DNA of 64,000 bases from a virus. The translations under genes and the position numbers were made by a program. The stretch lies in IMG/VR virus record IMGVR_UViG_3300025646_000015, positions 37,269 to 101,268 of that record, one strand, 5' to 3'. Below are positions 9,229-17,931 of this stretch, one piece after another; the first letter of the stretch is position 1, and every line of letters begins with the position of its first letter. The notes beneath the pieces are model-generated. The model made no database searches. It was not told the DNA's origin and saw only the letters and a program-made list of their open reading frames with translations.

Positions 9229-10275
9229 TTACAATTGAGATATTATCGCAGAACACAACTTGGGTAGAAAAATTTCACCAATAACTTTTCTAATAAAATT
9301 AGGTTGATAATCATATCTGAAGCCCCCGTTTGAGCCTGAATGAGCAAAACGATCTAAGCAGTTCTCAGGAAGGCCGCATACACAAAGCAATTCCCTTATT
9401 GACAGAACTCTTGGGTCAGTTGGATGCACATTATTTTGGCTGGATATTGAGCCATTTGTCATTGTTACAGTAGGTGCAGGTTTGTCCCAATACATTCGTT
9501 TGTATGTAGTCATAAATCCTTTTATTCTTCTACCATCTTTTTGGGGATAATCAATCAAATTATTGAAAGCAGTATCACCCTCAGGTGTAGATGACATCCA
9601 TTTGACATGATTAGGGTTATGATTAGGTGCAAAATGCCAAGGTATATCAGAATGCTCTCCATTATTTAAAGAAGGTAGGTGTCCTATCGCATCTCGAAGG
9701 GTGTAAGTCTGACGCATGGCTGAAGGATGTTCCCACTTCCCGTTTGGAGAAATTAAGCAAATAGAACGTTTTCTAGACTGAGGTGTGCCAAAATTTTTTG
9801 AGTCAAGCACTAGAAATTTAGCTTTCATGCCCTTGGGGATATTTAAATTTATGAATTCAGAAATTTTAACAACAGAGTTGTTATAATTTATAAATGTATC
9901 AGGCATTTGGGGGACATTTTCAATTAACATATATTTTGCCCCAATCGAATGAAATACATCTAAAGCATAAACTATAAGTTTATTTCTAATATCATCTGGT
10001 TTTTTTAAAGCATTTGCTCCACTCATGCCTTGACAAGGGGGAGTAGCTATGACTAAATCGACTCCCTCGTCTTGACTTAATGATTTTTGAATTATTTGAT
10101 TTCTTATTTCAATGGAAGATATATCACCATGAATACAATCACATTCTGGATAAAATTTATTATATAATTCACACCTTGATTCAATCAGCTCATTTGCCAG
10201 TACTACATTGACTCCTAAATTTTTTAGATAAAATTCTCCAAAACCAACATTTGAAAATAAAGATATTGCATTCAT
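9229..10275 (-). CDS. dcm: DNA (cytosine-5)-methyltransferase (orphan)
   Basis: SLFS..GFG motif I, PPCQG motif IV, ENV motif VI, QSRKR motif VIII, RVLSIRE motif IX. Confidence 0.92.
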   Translation of the reverse strand: MNAISLFSNVGFGEFYLKNLGVNVVLANELIESRCELYNKFYPECDCIHGDISSIEIRNQIIQKSLSQDEGVDLVIATPPCQGMSGANALKKPDDIRNKLIVYALDVFHSIGAKYMLIENVPQMPDTFINYNNSVVKISEFINLNIPKGMKAKFLVLDSKNFGTPQSRKRSICLISPNGKWEHPSAMRQTYTLRDAIGHLPSLNNGEHSDIPWHFAPNHNPNHVKWMSSTPEGDTAFNNLIDYPQKDGRRIKGFMTTYKRMYWDKPAPTVTMTNGSISSQNNVHPTDPRVLSIRELLCVCGLPENCLDRFAHSGSNGGFRYDYQPNFIRKVIGEIFLPKLCSAIISQL

Positions 10276-10291
10276 GAAACGTATATTATAT

Positions 10292-10320
10292 AGTATATAT
10301 TATATGCATGCGATTATCAA
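10292..10320 (-). promoter_or_regulatory. sigma70-type promoter of the methyltransferase
   Basis: TTGATA-17 nt-TATACT. Confidence 0.65.
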
Positions 10321-11333
10321 GATTTAAATTTACGAATTAAATCACTAAGCTTATTGCAAATATCCCTAAATTCAGAAATTGATAAATTAATTTTATTTGC
10401 ATTTAAGATTTTGCAAATTATTTCATCATTTAATTTAGCATCGCAAAATAAACTTTTATTAATTGGAAAATTTAAATCAATCAATTCGGATTTATTAATG
10501 AAATTTTCTGAAGCTTCGTGTGTAAATAAAAGTTGCCAGGATGACCCTATGTTAGATTTTAAGAATCTACAACAATCCGATACTTTATCAAAATCTGATT
10601 TTAAGTTTTCAATTATTTGGTTGGGTGTAAAATTAGGTTTTTTGTCCGAAAACACTGTGGTAAAAGTTTTTATTAAATAATTTTCTATAGATCTGCAATG
10701 CAAGTGAAGAAGAGCAGATTCTGTATAAGAAGGTGTTGTTAGTGGAACATTGCAAAAATGAACAGAATTATATTCATCTAAGCTAATATTCTTATATTTA
10801 ATTCCATTAGACCAGACCGAAGAAGAGTCTTTGAAATAAAAAAAGTGAGAGCCTAAATTCCTAATACATATAGATCTCCTTATCATAGTTTTGATATGAT
10901 TAGATCTAAAAAAATTTAAGCCAGAATTTAAATCTAATTTTACATCCAAACAATCTGGATAATTTGATATATTATGAGCATTAATCCAATTAAAAAAGTA
11001 AACATCAGCTTGGTTTCGGTCTATAAAATCTTTAAGACTTGAATACTGTTTGTTTAAGAGCAAGAATTCATCACAGTCGATATTTAAAATAAAATCAGAA
11101 TCAGAGTTAAATTTTTTTAAAAACCGCTCGAAGAAATCTTGCAATGCCTGATCTCCATTATTTCCAGAAATTGCATCTATTATATTGACGCAACTATTTT
11201 TCTTAAATTGATTTAATTCACTATTGCAAATATTGATTATATATATTTCATCAACTCCTAAATTTAGGTAATGATCGATAAAATAATCAAGATACTGAGC
11301 TTCATGGAAGCATCTTGTCACCAAACGAATCAT
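10317..11333 (-). CDS. glycosyltransferase (GT2_4/GT92-like)
   Basis: E..YL.YFIDHYL.LGVD.IYI, IDCDEFL, KTMIR, LHLH.RS. Confidence 0.75.
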   Translation of the reverse strand: MIRLVTRCFHEAQYLDYFIDHYLNLGVDEIYIINICNSELNQFKKNSCVNIIDAISGNNGDQALQDFFERFLKKFNSDSDFILNIDCDEFLLLNKQYSSLKDFIDRNQADVYFFNWINAHNISNYPDCLDVKLDLNSGLNFFRSNHIKTMIRRSICIRNLGSHFFYFKDSSSVWSNGIKYKNISLDEYNSVHFCNVPLTTPSYTESALLHLHCRSIENYLIKTFTTVFSDKKPNFTPNQIIENLKSDFDKVSDCCRFLKSNIGSSWQLLFTHEASENFINKSELIDLNFPINKSLFCDAKLNDEIICKILNANKINLSISEFRDICNKLSDLIRKFKS

Positions 11334-11971
11334 AATTTAAAAGATTTATTTACATATATATTATGAAATCCAGATCGAATACGGCTAAACTTTAGATCAT
11401 TTAATAAAAATTCAAATTTATGATAATTACAAATTTTTTCATTATCTTTTTCAAAAAAAACTAATCTTAGCTTTGACAAAAAATCAATCGCTCTTTTTTG
11501 TCTACAAAAAAAGTTTAAGCACCCCTCGCAGTCAGCGAAAAGTACAGTAAAATCAGTATCAACCAAAGATCTAACATGTTGTAGTGAATAAGGTTTTATT
11601 GTTAAATCAGGATTACTGGAAGAACCAATCGAAGTATATCCACCCGTAAATCCAAGTGGATGATCGGGCTGAGGAACGTGTAATAATTGTGGCAAATCAT
11701 TAATAGAACCATGCACAATATTAAACTCAGATTTATGAATGTCTTTATTTTTTGTTAAATCTAAAAATGCAGAATTATTGGGTTCAACAACAACATGATT
11801 TTTAGGGATCAATAATTTTTTATTAATTTCAACTGCTGTTCGACCTATGCCACCCCCTAATTCAAGTACACAATCGTTTTGATGCACAAATTCTCTAGCA
11901 ATTAAAACTTCTGGAAACTCATACTTGTTGTGAGTAAAATCTTTTAATTTATTGTTTATATAAAAATTCAT
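11330..11971 (-). CDS. FkbM-like methyltransferase
   Basis: VLELGGGIG, VVVEPN, ADCEG. Confidence 0.75.
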   Translation of the reverse strand: MNFYINNKLKDFTHNKYEFPEVLIAREFVHQNDCVLELGGGIGRTAVEINKKLLIPKNHVVVEPNNSAFLDLTKNKDIHKSEFNIVHGSINDLPQLLHVPQPDHPLGFTGGYTSIGSSSNPDLTIKPYSLQHVRSLVDTDFTVLFADCEGCLNFFCRQKRAIDFLSKLRLVFFEKDNEKICNYHKFEFLLNDLKFSRIRSGFHNIYVNKSFKL

Positions 11972-11983
11972 GTATATAATATA

Positions 11984-12886
11984 TTATAACCTTAAACATT
12001 CTAAATTTTCAGGATCAAAAGAGAAATAATTAATAGAATCGGCATTTCCCAAAAACCCCGCCCATGTTGAGAATGCTGATTTTCTTTTGCCAAAAGGAAA
12101 ATGAGAGACCGATGTTATGTCGCGAGAATAAGATAAACAATAGAAGTCAGACAGTGTGTCGGTTAATGATTCCTCTTGATTTATTAAACCTGTATGACAT
12201 TTATTTTCATTAAATAAAATATGGGGAAATTTATTTTTAATAAAATTTAAAAAAAATATATTGTCGCAAGAAACAAAGTCAGCTTCCTTAATTTTGCCCT
12301 CGAAATAATTTAATAAAAAATCAAAAACATAATCATGTTTTAGCGAATTAGACCAATTTTCAAATGAAAAACTTGGGGGCATGTGATTACGGTAATAATT
12401 TAATAAAAAATTTGATGAAACTAAGGATTGATCTCCCAATCTAAAATGCAGTGCCTTATGGATTTTAGGTTTTTTATTAAAAAGAGTGTCTTGTATAGAA
12501 AAATTTTCAAGAAATATTTGTTTTAAAAAATTAATTAACGGTTCGGGTGGAGAAAAAGAATCTAATTCCGAGTCACCATTGCTCATAACAAAAACACTAT
12601 CATTTGAAGAATTTAATGTTAAGAATTTTTGGAGTTGATGATTATTTCCATCTATATAAGGAATGTGTTCTGGGAAATTGCCCTGATAAACAAGTTCTTC
12701 ATTTATATTTATAAATGGCTCTAGAGAATGTCCGCTGGCACAAATAAAAAAATTAATATCGTTATATTTGCATATCATATATGCTTGACTAATGCCACGG
12801 ATAATATCACCAAGACCAGAAAATGTAGGCTTGATTTGATTGTTGATAAGACAGTTGTGTCTAAGACAATAGATCAAATTATTCAT
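11984..12886 (-). CDS. putative fucosyltransferase-like GT-B protein
   Basis: GLGDIIRG, LHFRLGD, DFYCLS...SAFS. Confidence 0.55.
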   Translation of the reverse strand: MNNLIYCLRHNCLINNQIKPTFSGLGDIIRGISQAYMICKYNDINFFICASGHSLEPFININEELVYQGNFPEHIPYIDGNNHQLQKFLTLNSSNDSVFVMSNGDSELDSFSPPEPLINFLKQIFLENFSIQDTLFNKKPKIHKALHFRLGDQSLVSSNFLLNYYRNHMPPSFSFENWSNSLKHDYVFDFLLNYFEGKIKEADFVSCDNIFFLNFIKNKFPHILFNENKCHTGLINQEESLTDTLSDFYCLSYSRDITSVSHFPFGKRKSAFSTWAGFLGNADSINYFSFDPENLECLRL

Positions 12887-13787
12887 CTAGCACCTTTCCT
12901 AGTAAAATTTTATGAGTTAATAACTGTATGTTTTGAATTAATCCATAAAAATCAGAACTATCTTTGTGAAAAATTTGAGAACAGACAGATTGTATTCTCT
13001 GAGTCTGATTCTCAGCTTCTAAAATCCAATTTTCATTGGTCATGATGTCTGAGACAGCCTGCCATGCAACCCTTTTTATCAACCAAGATTTTGTAACTTG
13101 ATGTTTTTTTAAATAATGTTTTACCGAAAAACACGGGTTGTAAAATATTTTACCACCAGAATCATAAATTTTATTTAATAAATCGTTCTCTTCTGAACTA
13201 AGTAGGCCGAGATTATCACCTTTTCTGCCCAAGGATAAATCAAAGCCGCCAAATTCTAATATTTTAGCCTTTTTGATCAATAGATTTGCTCCAACCAGCC
13301 ACCTAGCTTGAGTTTTGTAATCTAAAATAGCATTGCCAAAATCCAAGATAGATAACATTGGATAAAGCTCTTCAAAAAACCAATCTGGCTTCGAAACAAA
13401 AGACCAATCTGGCAAAGCCTTGCCCCCAATGGCATCTGGGTTATTCATATTTTTGATGGCTTCTTTGACCTTTATTGAGAAATCTCCATAAATAGAGACA
13501 TCATCATCCAGAAAATGAATATATTCGGTTTTGCAATAATCAACACATATATTTCTTGAATCAGATAATCCGTTGCATTCAGAATGAAGGTAGAAGAAAT
13601 TCGGAAAGTTGGAAATAATATTTTTCACGTCTTCTAAATAAATAAAATTATCATCCTGAATTAAATTAGCAGGAGTGTTGTCATGAACAAATACATTGAA
13701 ATCCAAATCTTTTTGCATGACCAAGTCTTGCATTATCCCTTTTAAATGAAAATAATTATTATATGTAGATATAGCAAAAGTTATCAT
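12879..13787 (-). CDS. GT2 glycosyltransferase
   Basis: ISTYN, GLSDSRN, FLDDD, GANL, GGFD..LGRKG, EENDL; start moved to ATG 13787. Confidence 0.85.
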   Translation of the reverse strand: MITFAISTYNNYFHLKGIMQDLVMQKDLDFNVFVHDNTPANLIQDDNFIYLEDVKNIISNFPNFFYLHSECNGLSDSRNICVDYCKTEYIHFLDDDVSIYGDFSIKVKEAIKNMNNPDAIGGKALPDWSFVSKPDWFFEELYPMLSILDFGNAILDYKTQARWLVGANLLIKKAKILEFGGFDLSLGRKGDNLGLLSSEENDLLNKIYDSGGKIFYNPCFSVKHYLKKHQVTKSWLIKRVAWQAVSDIMTNENWILEAENQTQRIQSVCSQIFHKDSSDFYGLIQNIQLLTHKILLGKVLDE

Positions 13788-13810
13788 TGGAGCAAGTGAG
13801 GGAATCGAAC
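13788..13810 (-). pseudogene. tRNA 3'-end remnant (Gly-like, T-loop to CCA)
   Basis: GTTCGATTCCCTCACTTGCTCCA; no pairing 5' T-stem or acceptor strand upstream; one nt short of canonical length. Confidence 0.5.
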
Positions 13811-13891
13811 TAGTAGATGATTTTGTTTTAAAAAAAATTTTAGTTAACTGGAGTATATATAATATATATTTTTCACACAACTTCTAATTTT

Positions 13892-13907
13892 TGGCAGAAT
13901 TAATGCA
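13892..13907 (+). promoter_or_regulatory. sigma54 (-24/-12)-type promoter upstream of hsp20
   Basis: TGGCAGAATTAATGCA with GG-N10-GC spacing. Confidence 0.6.
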
Positions 13908-13985
13908 ACAATAATATTGAAGTGCTCAAAACGAGGCTTTGATGTAGACAAAATGTCGCATGCAACTAAAAAAAATATAAATACA

Positions 13986-14462
13986 ATGACAAAATTACAC
14001 ATAAGAAGCAATCTTCCTAGTGGAAACTTAATTACTAGAGAAGAATTTTTAACACCGTTTGATTCTATTTTCGATAGCATCATACAAAAAACAATACCTT
14101 CTTTTTCCGAAGAGTTTGGGATTAGTTTTTTTGGAAATAACAGCTACCCAAAAGTAGATGTAATCGATCACGAAGATAAAATAACGATTGAAGCAGAAAT
14201 CCCAGGGCTATCAAAAGAAGATGTATCTGTTGACTTAGAAGATAATATCTTGTCTATTACTGGATCAAAAAGAAGCCAGCAAGAAGATAGGGAAAAAAAA
14301 TACATCAGAAGAGAGCTTAAAAGATCAAGTTTTAAAAGATCATTTCAGCTTGGAGAAAATTTTAAAACAAAAAATATTAAAGCTGACTTTAAAGATGGTA
14401 TATTATTAGTAATAGTACCCAAAAAAGAGCCAGAAAAGCCTAAAAAAATAAAGATATTATAA
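13986..14462 (+). CDS. hsp20: small heat shock protein Hsp20/alpha-crystallin
   Basis: YPKVDV...EAEIPGLSKEDV...LSITG...RRE...SFKRSF.L...A.FKDGIL...PK; start moved to ATG 13986. Confidence 0.95.
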   Translation: MTKLHIRSNLPSGNLITREEFLTPFDSIFDSIIQKTIPSFSEEFGISFFGNNSYPKVDVIDHEDKITIEAEIPGLSKEDVSVDLEDNILSITGSKRSQQEDREKKYIRRELKRSSFKRSFQLGENFKTKNIKADFKDGILLVIVPKKEPEKPKKIKIL

Positions 14463-15263
14463 TCAAGCCCCTTCGGGGGCTTTTTTGTGCAAAGATAGCT
14501 TGTTGTAAATTTTTGCAAATTGAATCCTGCGATCATAAGTTGTTAAAGTATGTTCATCACTTGAGTCATGACAGAATTTGTGAGACAAGTGAACCAGCTT
14601 GCTTTCAAAAACTAAAGAGGGTATATGTATATTATAAGGCTCTTTAGGCAAATTTGGTTCTCCTACATAAGTATTATTAAATTTATAAAATATTCTATCA
14701 TCCAGTCCTTTTTTAAAAATAGCCATAAGAAAATCTTGATCTGTAAAAAATTTCCTGAAGCCATGAACTGGATCTTTTATTAGAGAAACTCGGTGACAAT
14801 GTTTGATAATATCTTCTTTGTTTTCAAAAAGATAATCTATGTAGGAAAAGAAATTGACTGCATTTCCAGACATAAAGCAAGGGCAGGCTCTATGAAACCA
14901 TGTTAAAGATGATGGATTTGATGTAATGTCAGAAGGAGAAAGAGAAATATTAAAAATATCACAATCAGAAAAAAGAGAAAAATCCTTGCAAAAATATGCA
15001 AAAGCTAAATGCTCCAAGTGTGTTGCCATGTGATAGCTATGTTCTTCTACTTTTTGTCCAGAAGCATGAAAGTGGATGTATTTCACAAAATCACAGTACT
15101 TTTTATAAAGAGGCTTGTCTTGAATCATGGCTTTATTTAAGATAATTGGTTCAAACCCTAAATTGCTCCAATTTTTTTGCCAAAGCTTTAAAAAAGACGT
15201 AGCCTTTTCAATATAATTTATGTTTTTGAAGTTAGTGAATTGGTGATATGTATAAATTTTCAT
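14463..15263 (-). CDS. putative GT-A glycosyltransferase (paralog of 5142..5924)
   Basis: WQKNWSNLGFEPIIL, SDCD, TDQDFL, HLSH. Confidence 0.5.
   Translation of the reverse strand: MKIYTYHQFTNFKNINYIEKATSFLKLWQKNWSNLGFEPIILNKAMIQDKPLYKKYCDFVKYIHFHASGQKVEEHSYHMATHLEHLAFAYFCKDFSLFSDCDIFNISLSPSDITSNPSSLTWFHRACPCFMSGNAVNFFSYIDYLFENKEDIIKHCHRVSLIKDPVHGFRKFFTDQDFLMAIFKKGLDDRIFYKFNNTYVGEPNLPKEPYNIHIPSLVFESKLVHLSHKFCHDSSDEHTLTTYDRRIQFAKIYNKLSLHKKAPEGA
14465..14486 (+). terminator. intrinsic terminator after hsp20
   Basis: AAGCCCC-TTCG-GGGGCTT hairpin followed by a T run. Confidence 0.9.
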
Positions 15264-15267
15264 AAAA

Positions 15268-15678
15268 TGGTGGAGGTGGCGGGAGTTGAACCCGCGTCCT
15301 GATCGCCTGCAACGATCACATCTACAAGTTTAGTTGATTTTTTTTATAGTTAAGATATCAACATCCAACTAGCCATTTCAATTATTTACAGTTTATGATA
15401 TGGATAAATTTTTATCTGTTTTGGCAGATTAGTGACCCCGCAATCTTAATATCTGCGTCAAAAGTTGCGAGGGGGCAGCTTTCAAGCTACCATCTCAAGC
15501 TCTTCAGCTTGCTCGAATTGTACGAGATTGTCGTACTCTTCACGAGCAGCTTCAAGAAGCTCTTCTATGCTATAATAACCTTCGGCATGTATAGCTTGTG
15601 TGTCTTGATATCGGAGCCTGACACATCTCCGACTTGCAGTGAAAGAATTCGAACGTCAGTCAAATCCAGAACACCCCC
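15268..15678 (-). ncRNA. ssrA: tmRNA (one-piece, 411 nt, encoded CCA)
   Basis: 5' GGGGGUG pairs with CACCUCC-ACCA giving G3.U70; T-arm GCGGG-TTCAACT-CCCGC; GGATTTGAC 5' motif; PK1 stems TCGGAG/CTCCGA and TGTGTC/GACACA; tag frame. Confidence 0.95.
15482..15586 (-). other. tmRNA tag reading frame (A)AEGYYSIEELLEAAREEYDNLVQFEQAEELEMVA*
   Basis: resume codon GCC after ATACAT just downstream of PK1; 34 codons to TGA. Confidence 0.8.
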
Positions 15679-15705
15679 ATAAAATTTTAAAGAACTAAAT
15701 ATAGT

Positions 15706-15746
15706 TTACACTTTATTTATAGTAACAAAAGATAAAATAAAGTCAA
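15706..15746 (-). promoter_or_regulatory. tandem promoters of the tmRNA (sigma70-like plus phage GTGTAA motif)
   Basis: TTGACT at 15746-15741 with TACTAT 16 nt downstream; GTGTAA at 15711-15706. Confidence 0.6.
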
Positions 15747-15761
15747 GTTTCCCATAGTGTT

Positions 15762-16349
15762 TCATAATTTCTCAGCTATAGTGTTTAAACGGTCTTTCTT
15801 TTTTACAGAATAACCATACTGTTTTAATTTTTCTACACAAGGTTTATATACTTCACCTTTTAGCTCGTTGATTCTTGGATATCCGTCGGCATGTAAATGC
15901 TCAAACTCAATATACTTAATATCAAATTTATCTAAATTAAAGTTTAATAAAATTTCACAATCGGAACCTTCAGCGTCAATATAAAGTCTATCACATTCTG
16001 TTATATTATTAAGTTTAAAAAATTCATCTAAAGTAAAACATTCAACTTCTATTTCAAAAATGCTTTCATGGTTATGTGCTGTTAAATGTTGCCTATTAAT
16101 TGAAGAGTGCTGGATTTTTGATATATTAGTAGGAACAAACATCTTAATAACTTTTTTATTCGCTACAGGGGATATAGCTATATTAAAAATTTTAAAGTTT
16201 TTTATGTTTTTATATGCCTCTTTAATGTGTGGGTTACACATGGATAAAGGTTCTATAAGGTAAACCTTTTCAATTTCATCTTTGTGATTTATAACATATT
16301 TGTGACAATCATCTAAAGAATTATTAGTGCCTACTTGTACTATTTTCAT
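15762..16349 (-). CDS. FkbM family methyltransferase
   Basis: VQVGTN, LIEP, FTLD.FF, LYIDAEGSD, IEFE. Confidence 0.8.
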   Translation of the reverse strand: MKIVQVGTNNSLDDCHKYVINHKDEIEKVYLIEPLSMCNPHIKEAYKNIKNFKIFNIAISPVANKKVIKMFVPTNISKIQHSSINRQHLTAHNHESIFEIEVECFTLDEFFKLNNITECDRLYIDAEGSDCEILLNFNLDKFDIKYIEFEHLHADGYPRINELKGEVYKPCVEKLKQYGYSVKKKDRLNTIAEKL

Positions 16350-16494
16350 ATTAATAATTTATTAAAATTGTTGATTAAAAATTTACTTTTTGTAAATTCA
16401 AGTCTATCTTAGGATTACACCGAATTCCATTTTTTTAACTATATCTATAGTTTATTAAAATTTTTTTATACTATAGATTATTCAATTTTCTAAA

Positions 16495-17109
16495 TTATTC
16501 TCCAAATTCATAACCAAAATACTCAATGTCTCGTGCATACTTTTCTGCGACAATCTCGCGAGTTTCATCATCGTAGTATTCGGTGTAGTGTTTGTGGTTG
16601 GTTTTGTTAACATGTGGTAGGCTCTGAAAAGGAAGTCCAAGCGAAAAGCTTATTTCATCAAAGCTTTTTTGAAGAGATTCGTATTTAAATATTAAATCAC
16701 ATCCTTTCGCAAAATCTATTACATTCATTGAAATAGGAGGCCACACGCTAAGATGTTTTTTTACAAATTCCCTAAAAGAGACAGACCCTACATTGAACCT
16801 TGAAGTTGAGTTGAAACCATAGCTCCATGCCGAGACCAAACGTGAATAAGGATTGCGAGAAAAACAGAATTTAAAGTAGTTACCGAGGTTTTTATATGTT
16901 TCTGGGAAAAGCTTGCCTAGCTCATGCATTGGTATATGATGGGGACAATAATTAATATTTGTTTTTGAGTGAATAAAATTTAAAAATTCTCCTTGACTAA
17001 GTCCATGATATAAATCTTTTTCTGTCAAACCAAGTCCAACAATTAATGAAGAACTGCCAGTTTTCGGGTAACGCAAAAATATATATTTATGTTTTTCAGA
17101 GATGATCAT
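16495..17109 (-). CDS. sulfotransferase family 2 protein
   Basis: FLRYPKTGSSS, RNPYSRLVSAW, HYTEYYDDETREIVAEKYARDIEYFGYEF. Confidence 0.9.
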   Translation of the reverse strand: MIISEKHKYIFLRYPKTGSSSLIVGLGLTEKDLYHGLSQGEFLNFIHSKTNINYCPHHIPMHELGKLFPETYKNLGNYFKFCFSRNPYSRLVSAWSYGFNSTSRFNVGSVSFREFVKKHLSVWPPISMNVIDFAKGCDLIFKYESLQKSFDEISFSLGLPFQSLPHVNKTNHKHYTEYYDDETREIVAEKYARDIEYFGYEFGE

Positions 17110-17111
17110 GT

Positions 17112-17915
17112 TTAAAACCCAAGTAGTTTTTGAAATTTATTATAATCCACAAAATCTTCTAATGTATTGCTATTAGAATCGTTTTGTGCGATATTAATTA
17201 ATTGTCGTTTATTTGACATCCATTTCCTTCCTGTCCAAACTTGTACTCCTTTAATGTAAGATTTGTATTGAGAGGGTGTTTCGCTATACACTCCGATGTA
17301 TAAGTATTTGAAGTTAAAGCGTTTACAAAGCTCGACTTCTAAATGGTTGGATAAATTGCCGAGAGATAATTGTGGCTCAGAGTAGTCCCAAAAAAATAAA
17401 CCCGAAACTAAAGAGTGACCAACTTGAGTCATTGCGGTACAGGCAATTATTTCATCGTTTAGATAAAACAAAATGAAATGACTACTATCATCAACAACAT
17501 ATTTAAGAAAATTTTCTTTATCTAATATATCTTTGTAATTTTTGTGTGTTACATAGTTGTTATATATAGAATAAAGTTTATCTTTTATTTGATCTCTATC
17601 TGATTTTATATTTAAATCGCCAATAGTAATGTATTTGTAAGAAAAATTATTTAATTTTAATGCTTTTAAGTGCTTACTTTTTGCGCGGAACTTTTCGCAT
17701 TCGATTCTTGCGCTTCTTAATTGACACCAAATTTGTTTATTATTTGCTTCACTTTCGTTCACAAATTCGCAATCGTTGGTATAGAAATATGTGGGTAGCC
17801 AACCCGTAGCTAGGGCTTCATCCTCTTCGCCACTATCAACCCAAGCAGAAATAAGAGTATAATTAAAGTCTGTATCAGCTTGCTTAGAAATAACATGGTC
17901 ATAAAATATTTTCAT
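17112..17915 (-). CDS. ATE/Bpt-like aminoacyl-tRNA--protein transferase
   Basis: AL.TGW; C-terminal ATE_C pattern FWDYSEPQLSLG....LEVE.CK...FKYLYIG...YKS....Q.W...W. Confidence 0.7.
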   Translation of the reverse strand: MKIFYDHVISKQADTDFNYTLISAWVDSGEEDEALATGWLPTYFYTNDCEFVNESEANNKQIWCQLRSARIECEKFRAKSKHLKALKLNNFSYKYITIGDLNIKSDRDQIKDKLYSIYNNYVTHKNYKDILDKENFLKYVVDDSSHFILFYLNDEIIACTAMTQVGHSLVSGLFFWDYSEPQLSLGNLSNHLEVELCKRFNFKYLYIGVYSETPSQYKSYIKGVQVWTGRKWMSNKRQLINIAQNDSNSNTLEDFVDYNKFQKLLGF

Positions 17916-17931
17916 TCTACATTGATGTTTT

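Noticed and set aside
9229-10275. Restriction-modification system
   Set aside because: No adjacent restriction endonuclease; an orphan protective methyltransferase is more parsimonious.
15268-15300. Stand-alone tRNA-Ala suggested by the T-arm and CCA
   Set aside because: Its pairing 5' strand lies about 400 nt upstream with PK1 and a tag frame between, so it is the 3' end of the tmRNA.
15395-15682. 95-aa + strand ORF
   Set aside because: Antisense shadow of the tmRNA; no recognisable protein features.
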